64,000 nucleotides of DNA from assembly GCF_001194135.2 (NCBI RefSeq), contig NC_068983.1, positions 86,927,857-86,991,856 on the forward strand, written 5' to 3'. The stretch is from Octopus bimaculoides. Its lineage: Eukaryota. This document shows, piece after piece, positions 42,101 through 51,496 of the stretch. The notes under the pieces are model-generated. The model searched no databases and was not told where the DNA came from. It saw only the letters and a list, made by a program, of their open reading frames with translations. Both the position numbers and the translations under genes were made by a program. Position 1 is the first letter of the stretch. Each line of letters starts with the position of its first letter.

Positions 42101-45005
42101 TCACATCCCAGTGAAAATATAAAATAAAATCAATTACCAAATTATGAAATCAGAGAAAAATGTTCAACACATTTACCACTGGTGAATCAGTTTTTTTCAT
42201 TGTTTCTGGTATTTCTAGAATTTTTTAACAGTTTGTATGTGTTAGTACACGGTCTGATACTGAACATATCAAATTATCCTTGCTGACATGGGCTGGACAC
42301 ATCTCAAAGCATCCTGCCATTAGTAAATAATCCATCAATGCCTGGCATACTTAGCAACAGAAAACTGTTGTAATATTAGTATATGTCTTTTTGTTTTTTC
42401 TTGCATGATTTTTAGGACTGGATGACTGTATTGTTGAAAATCACTTTATAACAGGGACTGGATGTACTTTGTCATCACTACAAGACAGGCTCTCTGCAGC
42501 AACACTAGTACCCTCCAACTTGTATTGGCTATCATCCAGAGTAAATAGCTCTGATAGCTGAGCTGTGGCTCTGAGGTCACATAAGCATTTATTTACACCC
42601 GGATGAAGGAATAACCAAGAAATTGAATTGATAACAGTAATATTTTCGTCTTTTACATTTTCTAACAAAAAAATCAGATGCACCCAAAACTATGTGAAAA
42701 CCATTAGAGTGCAAGCATAATTGACATTAATAGCTAATGGAATGGTGATAAAGCTTTTAACTGGATTCCTCTTACTTTGAAGAAATTATGATTGTAGTTA
42801 AGAATGAAGTATATAAAATATAGAACAAATGAGTGTGATAGTCATGTTTCAAACACTAAACAGAAATATTTTTTACAGCAAGAAATAACTGGAATGGTTT
42901 AAAACTAGATAACTTGGACAGCTGAGGAATAAGATGAAATCTTCAATATTTTTCTGTAAGTGATTGGAAAATCATGGAAAGAAATAAGAGCAAATCATTA
43001 GAACTTGCTTTTATCTTCAAGTAACACCCCACATGCTACCTACTTTGCTTAAGTTTAATGGTTATACCCAAAATTAGATTCAATATTTTATCACCCATGT
43101 ACTAAATGTTCCAAGACGCTTTTATAAATATTATCAAGAACAAAATAAGAATGTGCTACAAGTGTAAAATTAGTACCAATATGGTTATAATTTTTATAAT
43201 CCTATACATTTAAGATTTAAAAAAAAAACCTGACACAAGTTCAATAAGTGATTACCAATACAAACATAGTAAAATTAAACTTAATGCAATTACACGATAA
43301 ATATTGGTTTCAAATTTTGGCACAAGGCCAGCAATTTCAGGGGAGAGGGGTAAGTTGTTTACACGAACTGGTATTTATTTTATCAACCCCAAAAGGATGA
43401 AAGGTAAAGTTGACCTTGGTGGAATTACATGATAAATATTGATAGGAGTTAAACCGGACAAAAAAATATTGTCCATCCAGATTGTATAAAATAATGAGGT
43501 TACTGAAAAGATAACTTAATAATCATTCACTGACAACTTGTTTTATCTATGTAAAGCAGATGATGGAAACAATAAGCTAAACTTTCTACTTTCAGTATAT
43601 TCAAATGAACTGGTTTGATTTTTAACCTGTTATTGTCTAAGAGTTATGCTGTGATGGTATCTATTAACTGTAAAATCAATGGAAAAATCTTCAGTCATTT
43701 TTTTTTTTTGAAAACCAACAAAGATATCCCTTGAGGTGAATTCATATGAAATGGTATATGTAGGGCTCGAAGCTAGTCAGATATAAGCAGCTAATGGTAA
43801 TGTTATGTTCATAAACAAATTCATCAGTAAAGTTGATATATAATTTATTGTAGTGCTAGTCTTTGGTTATACAAGGTCTGTCATGGAGGTATACTGAGTA
43901 AAATACGAAAGCGTTTATTCAAGTACTTGATGGATAAAATCAAATATCAGTCCACAAATAAGCATTAAAATGCTTTCTCAATTTTATATTTAATAAATAA
44001 TGATAATTATCGTTTTTCAAAATATTCCTGTTGTTACCTGACACAAGAACACTGGAAGGGCCAGCTGAATTGTTGAAAGAATTGAACTAGATTCCACAAA
44101 ACCAAAACATCTGCAGCAAATTTTCTAGACATATTCCAGAAAAATGTGATATTTGACAACATAAAAAAAAAAAAATTTCTTACATTTAATTTCCATAAGA
44201 TATATCTTTCATCAGATGAAGAAAAGATCAGAATAACACAATTGTACCAAAATGACTTGAACCAGCAATGAATTTCTTTCCAATGAAGGTTAAAAAGGTA
44301 CAGGTTCTATTTATACAGTAAGTTAACACCAGGCTTAAAATACTTTTGCAAAGTGTGCAATTTGATGATAGAGAAATCATTTATAAACCAATCAACTCAA
44401 TAGTTTGAGAAAGTAACAAATGGTATAAAAGAAACAAACTTACGAGCTTTAGGAACATTTCCATCTTTATAATTAGCCAAGTCACCCTGAGCATCAAGTA
44501 CTCCGACCTACAGATAATGAAAAAAGGAAATATGAAATTCTGTTTCTAGATAATTAAATCAATGAAAAATATATGATATATACTACTGATCTTAAATGAA
44601 TCTTTTGAAAAGATATAGATTAATGTGTCAGCCATAAAATAACTAGATAGATGAGATATAACTTCAGCAGTAAAATATCTCAAAAGAATCTTCTGGAATT
44701 AAATTATAAAACATGCCCTTATAAAACGAATCGAAGCAATAATAAATCAAAATAAATTGTTAAGCTTTTCTTCATCACATGTTTAACTCCTGTATTTTTG
44801 AGATTTGATCTANNNNNNNNNNNNNNNNNNNNNNNNNNNNNNNNNNNNNNNNNNNNNNNNNNNNNNNNNNNNNNNNNNNNNNNNNNNNNNNNNNNNNNNN
44901 NNNNNNNNNNNNNNNNNNNNNNNNNNNNNNNNNNNNNNNNNNNNNNNNNNNNNNNNNNNNNNNNNNNNNNNNNNNNNNNNNNNNNNNNNNNNNNNNNNNN
45001 NNNNN

Positions 45006-45049
<44 letters not shown>

Positions 45050-46132
45050 GTATTGAAATTGTGATATTTGGTCAATAACTGATGAGAGGCTAAGCATTCT
45101 AGTGTTTTTGTATTAGCACACTTTAATAGAATTCTACGGGTTTTTAAATTATTTCCACTTCTAGAAGATAGAGGGTTAGATAAATTATATCATTGTATAT
45201 TGGTTTCAGGCAGTAAATAATTAGTTTAGCATAGTCAAATCACCATTATAAGGCAAATATGAAGCATGCATACATATCTTAGAGGAAATAGATTTAAAAT
45301 CGATCTACATGAAATTGTATGACCTGAGTTGAGACTAACCTTAAAATATTTTCACTTTAGGCTATCCCAATACCTTATCTATGTCACTTGTTGCTTGTTT
45401 TTTTTTTCGTTTCTTTAACACGTACTTGGCACAACGATATGATAGAACTGCTTTTAAACCAGCACTTTCCCTGATATGTTTTTTATCAGATATGTCAATC
45501 CCAGATTGACGCATAGATTAAAATACAACTTGAATAAATGAGTGTACACGCACGCGAATTCTTACACATGTCCAAGTTTCGATAAAAAAAAAGAAGAAAC
45601 AAACGTATCACCCAAAACGCAAATGTTAATGGGACTTTACCGGTGTGCATATGCTTATAAATGGATTAATAAACTCAAAATCTAATGGGAACGAACTTTA
45701 AAGGGAAATATATATCTCATACACTTGTATAATTTAATCTTAGTGCGTTAAGTTATTTACTTAAAGTGGAGAGCTGTGGCTTCCATGGAACGTTTGTAAA
45801 TTAGTTTCGGAAAGACTTTCGCCCGTCCCCTCCCCCATACCCCCGGGGTTAGGGGGGTACAAAAGGAAGTCTTGCCTTAGTTTCTATTAAGGGACGTAAG
45901 ATGCCAACCAAGTCACACTACTAAAACACCCTGTAAAAATATTTCAATTGCAATAAAGGTTATATATGAAAAATACATACTCAGTATGACGACAAAAATA
46001 TAAACACATTCAAAACTAGTGGCTCAAAATTACAGATTAAAAGAAAGCGAGTTTCTTTCTCGACTAAACCATGAAGAAAAACGGAATTGCTAAGAGCAAC
46101 AAGTTTGTGAGGATTATCGCTTTCTTTATATA

Positions 46133-46199
<67 letters not shown>

Positions 46200-46868
46200 C
46201 ATTTCAACACTAATGATGAAGAGCAGTATGACAAAAATGGTATCGGTTAAATGATGTCAAATTAGCAAACCTTTATGGCAAGTATATTATATATAAAATC
46301 TTCATCGTATCTATTTCCACCCAAAGAAATAAATAAACACTATCTAGGTAACTTAAGTAGCAATAACAATAGCGTATCAGCTTCTAACCTCGACATCATT
46401 TGGATAAATTTAAAAGTAAGGATCGTTTTTCTGATGGATATGCACACACACACACTAATATATGTAGTATGTGTATATCCATCTGAAAAATGATCCTTAT
46501 TTTTAAACATACATATAAAACGAAAAGAAAGAAATAACGAACGAATCCATGACAAACTACAGAGCGGTTTCTAGTTTCTGAAAAATTCCTCAAGAGTTCT
46601 CTATTTATTACACATGTAATTTATCTCGACCAAGCTGCTTGGGCTTAGACATTTCCGGAGGGGGGGGGGTTAACACGAGTCATAAAATATACATCTCTGC
46701 AAATCGTAGACTGGATTTAGGTGGGAGCTGAGTAATGTTGCGGATTTAGTTATCGTAACTGTTGCACAAGGAATAGTGGACAATTATTATAAAGAGGAAG
46801 ATATTAAGATTTATTATTCTCTCAGATGGACTAAGTCAGAAAGAAGGTCCCTTCGGTTTAAATTATAA

Positions 46869-46911
<43 letters not shown>

Positions 46912-47710
46912 AATACACACATACTCGTGAGTTTGGCATATATGTGTGTATATGTATATACAGAGTACCTAAGAGAGAGATGCGAACAAAGTTTTTTTAG
47001 CTTCTCTTTATCTTTGATAAGCTTTAGGCTATTTTTGATAGTTGTTCTTTGGAGTAAAGAGAATGAGGTAAACACTGTGAATAAAATGATGAATGGGAGG
47101 TAGTGACCATAAAAATAGTAGTAAATATTAACAATTATCATTATTATTATTAAGTGGCGGGTGAAGAAGAAAAGCAGGAAGGCCGCTGTCGACAACATTA
47201 GGGAGAATACATCCGGTCTTACGTGAACAAAGAAAGTAAACATTTGATATTATAGAAGAAAATACGGAGCTATAGTAGCTTCAGAATATGAAATAATTTC
47301 CACTTGAACCAGCCATACCTCTTTTGCTATTGAATCCAAGCCGTTCTCTTTATAATGGCGTAAGATCTCAAATTCAGGGCCATTTTTCTGTCCCCTGGAA
47401 GTCGTAGGAATCTTGTGAGGACTTCCTTGACCTAAAATTGTAGAAGAAAAAAAAACACAAGCAATACAAAATACACATTTTGGTTTTTCTGTTAGTAATA
47501 TAAATTGATAATGAATTAAATGCATAAATAATAATAAACATATCAAAAATTAGAAAGTATAATGTACTTAGATAATAAATACTGANNNNNNNNNNNNNNN
47601 NNNNNNNNNNNNNNNNNNNNNNNNNNNNNNNNNNNNNNNNNNNNNNNNNNNNNNNNNNNNNNNNNNNNNNNNNNNNNNNNNNNNNNNNNNNNNNNNNNNN
47701 NNNNNNNNNN

Positions 47711-47748
<38 letters not shown>

Positions 47749-48182
47749 TGCATACAGACTAAAGTATAAACAGTGGAAAAGAAGTCAAGGTAAATAAATC
47801 AATGATCATGCACGTCAAGCATTTAAACTAGAAAGAAATATTCATATTCGATTATTCAATTAACTTATTGTTATGGCATGAAAGAGAACTTGAGTGTTCG
47901 ATCAACATTAAAAAGTGGATCAGACCACTATTGTGACTTTATATACTGCAAAATAAAACAGAAAAGGAAACTCTCGTAACATTGTCTTTTTTTTAACAAA
48001 TTAATAATTTTCTATTGATGTTATGATAACCTGAAATTATACTGGATGGTTCCCTGAGAGGGAGACGTATTCATTCTAAAGCTATCGCTTATAAGACAAT
48101 CTGGATTGTTTATAATATATAGAAATAAATATTCACCATCATCCGGCCATAAGCTTGATAAAGTTGGACTGGAGTTAGCCAT
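21288..48182 (-). CDS. TFDP1: Transcription factor DP (E2F dimerization partner, TFDP1/TFDP2 family); complement(join(48137..48182,47319..47431,44444..44507,40094..40185,38113..38216,37850..38012,36827..36970,36231..36299,34778..34926,30730..30866,22215..22308,21288..21498)), 1386 nt, 461 aa
   Basis: Twelve exons splice in frame with GT/AG ends. The product contains the winged-helix domain [30 protein letters not shown], the DEF box [37 protein letters not shown], the coiled coil, the marked box [47 protein letters not shown] and an acidic tail. The gene is probably co-orthologous to vertebrate TFDP1 and TFDP2. Confidence 0.96.
22215..22308 (-). CDS. TFDP1: DP exon 11 ([32 protein letters not shown])
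   Basis: cttatttcag| acceptor, |gtatgt donor, 94 nt, phase 1-2; bridges exons 10 and 12 in frame. Confidence 0.8.
24730..25050 (+). mobile_element. tRNA-derived SINE (third family)
   Basis: Head ggcccagtgattagagcatcgggctcacaatcatgaggtagtgagttcaattc has A/B-box-like motifs and continues into a non-tRNA body. Confidence 0.6.
26751..27570. other. Assembly gap (the largest of 12 N-runs), ending in (TG)n
   Basis: N-run. Most gaps in the window abut (TA)n or (TG)n microsatellites, as expected for a short-read assembly. Confidence 0.99.
30730..30866 (-). CDS. TFDP1: DP exon 10, marked box ([45 protein letters not shown])
   Basis: tttccatag| acceptor, |gtaact donor, 137 nt, phase 2-1; near-identical to the DP family motif. 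Confidence 0.95.
32206..33393 (+). mobile_element. Full-length decayed Tc1/mariner DNA transposon, DD37D (maT) type, in DP intron 9
   Basis: About 26-bp TIRs (cagagtgcataaggtatttgaggaca / tgtcctcaaatatcttacacaccctg), TA on both sides. Frameshifted transposase: HTH ([19 protein letters not shown]), FFSNKKNF (decayed D1), [15 protein letters not shown]-terminus EGGFIE*. The spacing from D2 to the deleted D3 position fits 37 residues. Confidence 0.9.
33600..33928. mobile_element. Foldback / MITE-like inverted repeat
   Basis: About 135-bp arms (tatggagacttgtacatccacaaa...ccttgtaatattgt and its reverse complement) around a 50-nt spacer. Confidence 0.8.
34778..34926 (-). CDS. TFDP1: DP exon 9 ([49 protein letters not shown])
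   Basis: aattacag| acceptor, |gtacgt donor, 149 nt, phase 0-2. Confidence 0.95.
36231..36299 (-). CDS. TFDP1: DP exon 8, coiled coil ([23 protein letters not shown])
   Basis: aattcttag| acceptor, |gtaagt donor, 69 nt, phase 0-0. Confidence 0.95.
36827..36970 (-). CDS. TFDP1: DP exon 7, DEF box ([48 protein letters not shown])
   Basis: ttattatttag| acceptor, |gtacgt donor, 144 nt; RRxYD motif. Confidence 0.97.
37850..38012 (-). CDS. TFDP1: DP exon 6, DNA-binding domain ([54 protein letters not shown])
   Basis: ctcttttcatag| acceptor, |gtagtt donor, 163 nt, phase 2-0. Confidence 0.97.
38113..38216 (-). CDS. TFDP1: DP exon 5 ([35 protein letters not shown])
   Basis: tcattcatag| acceptor, |gtaatt donor, 104 nt, phase 0-2; followed by a 100-nt intron. 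Confidence 0.88.
40094..40185 (-). CDS. TFDP1: DP exon 4 ([30 protein letters not shown])
   Basis: gtgttacag| acceptor, |gtaagt donor, 92 nt, phase 1-0; resembles recalled TFDP2 ISFVAFPVSNTNSPTKILPKT. Confidence 0.85.
44444..44507 (-). CDS. TFDP1: DP exon 3 ([21 protein letters not shown])
   Basis: tatctgtag| acceptor, |gtaagt donor, 64 nt, phase 0-1; resembles recalled TFDP1 AGLIEANGELKVF. Confidence 0.85.
46409..46507. repeat. Short inverted repeat (37-bp arms, 25-nt loop) in DP intron 2
   Basis: tttaaaagtaaggatcgtttttctgatggatatgcac versus gtgtatatccatctgaaaaatgatccttatttttaaa; 4 mismatches. Confidence 0.8.
47319..47431 (-). CDS. TFDP1: DP exon 2 ([38 protein letters not shown])
   Basis: Long pyrimidine tract + ttttag| acceptor, gag|gtatgg donor, 113 nt, open in the DP frame; ends xAKE like vertebrate MAKD. 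Confidence 0.75.
48137..48182 (-). CDS. TFDP1: DP coding exon 1 ([15 protein letters not shown])
   Basis: First in-frame ATG (ataATGG, good context) after an upstream in-frame TAG; about 280 nt of ATG-free leader; g|gtgaat donor in phase 1 matches exon 2. Confidence 0.65.
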
Positions 48183-48239
48183 TATCCGTTTGAAAGAATT
48201 AATCGGCAACAAAATGATTTTTTCTTCGGGCAACACTCT

Positions 48240-48790
48240 GGTAAGAGAGCCCGACTGAGAATCTGTAGGGACCGGACAGGGTTGCGGCTGCTATTCAGAT
48301 GCACTCTACTGATGGGTTCAATGGCAGTAGCTGCTATAGACACTGGTATTGTTATATTATATTATTGGAAGAGGTAATAAAAAGCAAGATGATTAGGAAT
48401 GGGTTTTTTTAAATGATATACACAAAATGGCGACGACGGCGATTTTTCTAAAGTCTTACACGGTGCCGTCACTTTTTCCCCCTTTCTCTTCTTGTGATTG
48501 GGAGGGGTTACCACAATTTCGCAAGGGCGGATCGTCGTGCGGCGGCTCTATGTACCCAATTGTTCATTACCAGCGGTTCTTTCGAGGTACAAAGAGAGCC
48601 GTGCAGACCGCCAGAACACGCCATCATAAAGTCATGTCCATCTTCCTGTTACGCTACAAACTTTTCAAGTCTCGCTGCAAAACGCGCTTGGCGGTGACCA
48701 CTTCCTTTAGCGTAAAATGATTGGTTGCACTGAACCACGTGACAATCCAGAGTCTGCGCATGGCGCAAAGAAAAGAACGGGAAAATTGAT
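48240..48790 (-). promoter_or_regulatory. GC-rich promoter / 5' region of the DP gene
   Basis: Local GC and CpG enrichment. YY1-type AAAATGGCG at 48424-48432, TTGGCGG (E2F-like) near 48688, CCAAT (ATTGG) at 48720-48724, E-box CACGTG at 48736-48741, NRF1-like TGCGCATGGCGCA at 48755-48767, E2F-like CGGGAAAA near 48778. Confidence 0.7.
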
Positions 48791-49754
48791 AAAAGTATGG
48801 AATCTCATGAAGGCAAAAATAAGCCTTACCGAATTTAGCTTCAATTCCAATACGTTACAGAAAAGTCCTGCATGAATTATTTTACAATATTTGACACTTG
48901 ACTACCTCAGATTTTACAATTTTAGCTTTCATAATACTATAACTGTATTTCTTATCAGTAAGTTTATCTGATTTGTTGAGTAAACTGGATACATCTTAGT
49001 ATACTATCCTGAACAATTTTATACCATAATTTATATTGTCTTACAACCAACGATATGTATCCCATTTACCGCACAATGTAGTTTAATATTTCAATTTCTG
49101 ACACTTTTTAAATCATACTGCATATTTTTGAGGCAATGGCTGAGGTGTGTCTACCAGTTCAGGGTATCACCTGCTACTCAGTAAACATGTAAAAACTGAC
49201 TGCTACATGCAAAAGCAAAGGGCTTCAATTGCTTATAATGAATTCCAGGATTAATATACAAAATATAAAGTAATAATACATACATATATACACACACACA
49301 CATATATATGTGTGTGTGTTTGTAACAATATGAATATATATGCATATTAATATATATATATCTTTATAATCAATGATAAAATCTATATAAGATATCAAGT
49401 AGCCAGCTACCTATATATATGTGTGTGTATATAATATATATATATAGTCTAAAAATCCAGAAGTCAGAAATTCTCAGTAGTGTTATTATATTAATCAAAG
49501 CTTTCGGTATTATAGACGTTACCAATTGGATTTACACTACATATTTGATAACTGGATATTAAATAACAAGCCAGTTAACAAACGTATATGCTCATCAGGG
49601 TGGTAAGTCAAGGAGAAGCCACTATATTTTTTCCATACTTGACATCCGTAAAGAGCACATTTATTAGATAACTGCCCAGTAATCTAATATCTGGTGTAAA
49701 ACCAGTTGATAAGATCAGCTGTAATGGATCTATAATACTGAAGACTGATTGATA

Positions 49755-49793
<39 letters not shown>

Positions 49794-50074
49794 GAGAGAG
49801 AGAGAGAGAGAGACTGAAATACAACATACACAGGTCATGGCTGTGTGGTAAGAAATTTGCTTCCCAACCACATGGTTCCAGGTTTTCTCCCACTATGTTG
49901 CACTTTAAGCCTCAGACTACCAAAGCCTTTTCAGTAACCAAAATCTAAAACTTTTTATTTTATGATAAACTGAATAATGGGTAAATATATATGTTGCACC
50001 CAATATCTGTAGGTATGTATGTATGTAGTTAGGTTGGTAGCTAGATATATATGTATGTATGTATGTTGTGCTGG

Positions 50075-50523
50075 TTTAGCCATGTGATGTGGATGGATGC
50101 TGAAAGTTCCAAATAGAAGTGCTGATCTCTCAAAGTAAATGGAACATGTGGAAATGGGAGACCCAGGAAGACATGGCACAAAGTACTGAAGAATGGCATT
50201 AGGACGCAGAACCTTTCAGGCAAGATGACAAAGGACCGAGATGCCTGGTGCCTTGTGGTACTCAAGAAGACCTGTACATACCAGTCCCACATACAGAGCA
50301 CTCGTGCCAATGCCACACACGACCACTTGTGCAGTTCCATGTAAAAGTGCCTTTGCAGTGTCACGTAAAAGTACCCAGCACACTCTATAAAGTAGTTGGT
50401 GTTTGGAAGGACATCCAGCCATAGGAACCATGCCAAATCAGACTTGAGTCTGGTGCAGCTCTAGTCAAATCGTCCAACCCATGCCAGCATGAACAATGGA
50501 TGTTAAATGATGATGATGATGAT
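50075..50523 (+). mobile_element. 5'-truncated RTE-clade LINE 3' end with (GAT)n tail
   Basis: Translates as VNGTCGNGRPRKTWHKVLKNGIRTQNLSGKMTKDRDAW (RTE ORF C-terminus, GRPRKTW), followed by the 3' UTR shared with the short elements. Confidence 0.8.
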
Positions 50524-51040
50524 AATGTTTGTATGTATAGTGGGTGAGGAGATGCTAGTGCAAGTGTAGAATAGATAGGCACCAAATTAATGCTTGGATA
50601 AATCAAATTCTTGAACTCCAACTTCTAGAGCAGAGTGAAGTACTCTCCAGAAGCAGAGGAGTTGACTGAAGAAAAACAAACATATTCCTCTACCTAGAAT
50701 ACATTAAAAAAAAAGTAAGTAAAAGTAAAAAACAGAATCCACATGTCTTTAAAAAATCCCTTTGGAATAATAGCGCTAGTTGAATGAATCAACCCCAGTA
50801 CTTATTTTCTGAAGCCTGATACTTATTCTATTGGTCTCTTTTGCCAAACTGCTATGTAACAGGGATGTAAACACAGCAACACTGGTTGTCAAGAGGTAGG
50901 GGAGTGGAGACAAACACAGACACAAAGATACACACGCATAGATATATACTACATATGTGGAAATCTGTGTGTGTGTTTGTTTGTGGCGTTGTTATCTAAC
51001 TCCTCCTACATCATTTTATCAATTTTGATGAAACTTGACA

Positions 51041-51102
<62 letters not shown>

Positions 51103-51457
51103 GTGCGTGTGTATATGTATATATGACAGGCTTTCAGTTTCCATCTACCAAATCCACTCACAAGTCTTTGGTCAGCCGAGGGCTATAGTAGAAGACACTT
51201 GCCCAAGGTGCCATGCAATGGGATTGAACCTAGAACCATGTGGTTGGGAATCACTCACTACATTCTTGAAGTGGCTGGCATTAAGAAGGGGAGCCAACCG
51301 TAGAAACCATGCCAAATCAGACTGAAAACTGGCGCAGCTCCCCAGCTTACCAAGTTTCAGTCAAACTAACCAACCAATGCCAGCATGAAAAACAGACATT
51401 AAATAATGATGGTGATGATTATGATGATGCATGTATGCATGAATGTTTGTATATATA

Positions 51458-51489
<32 letters not shown>

Positions 51490-51496
<7 letters not shown>

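Noticed and set aside
45420-45900. Repeat-like segment with a C-rich/G-rich hairpin (45825-45858), and a similar-looking segment at 61040-61230
   Set aside because: Probably non-autonomous elements, but I could not define ends, TSDs or a family.
48427-48720. 97-aa plus-strand ORF with a good-looking ATG (MATTAIF...)
   Set aside because: The ATG is part of the YY1-type AAAATGGCG motif in the DP promoter; GC richness explains the open frame; no recognisable domain.
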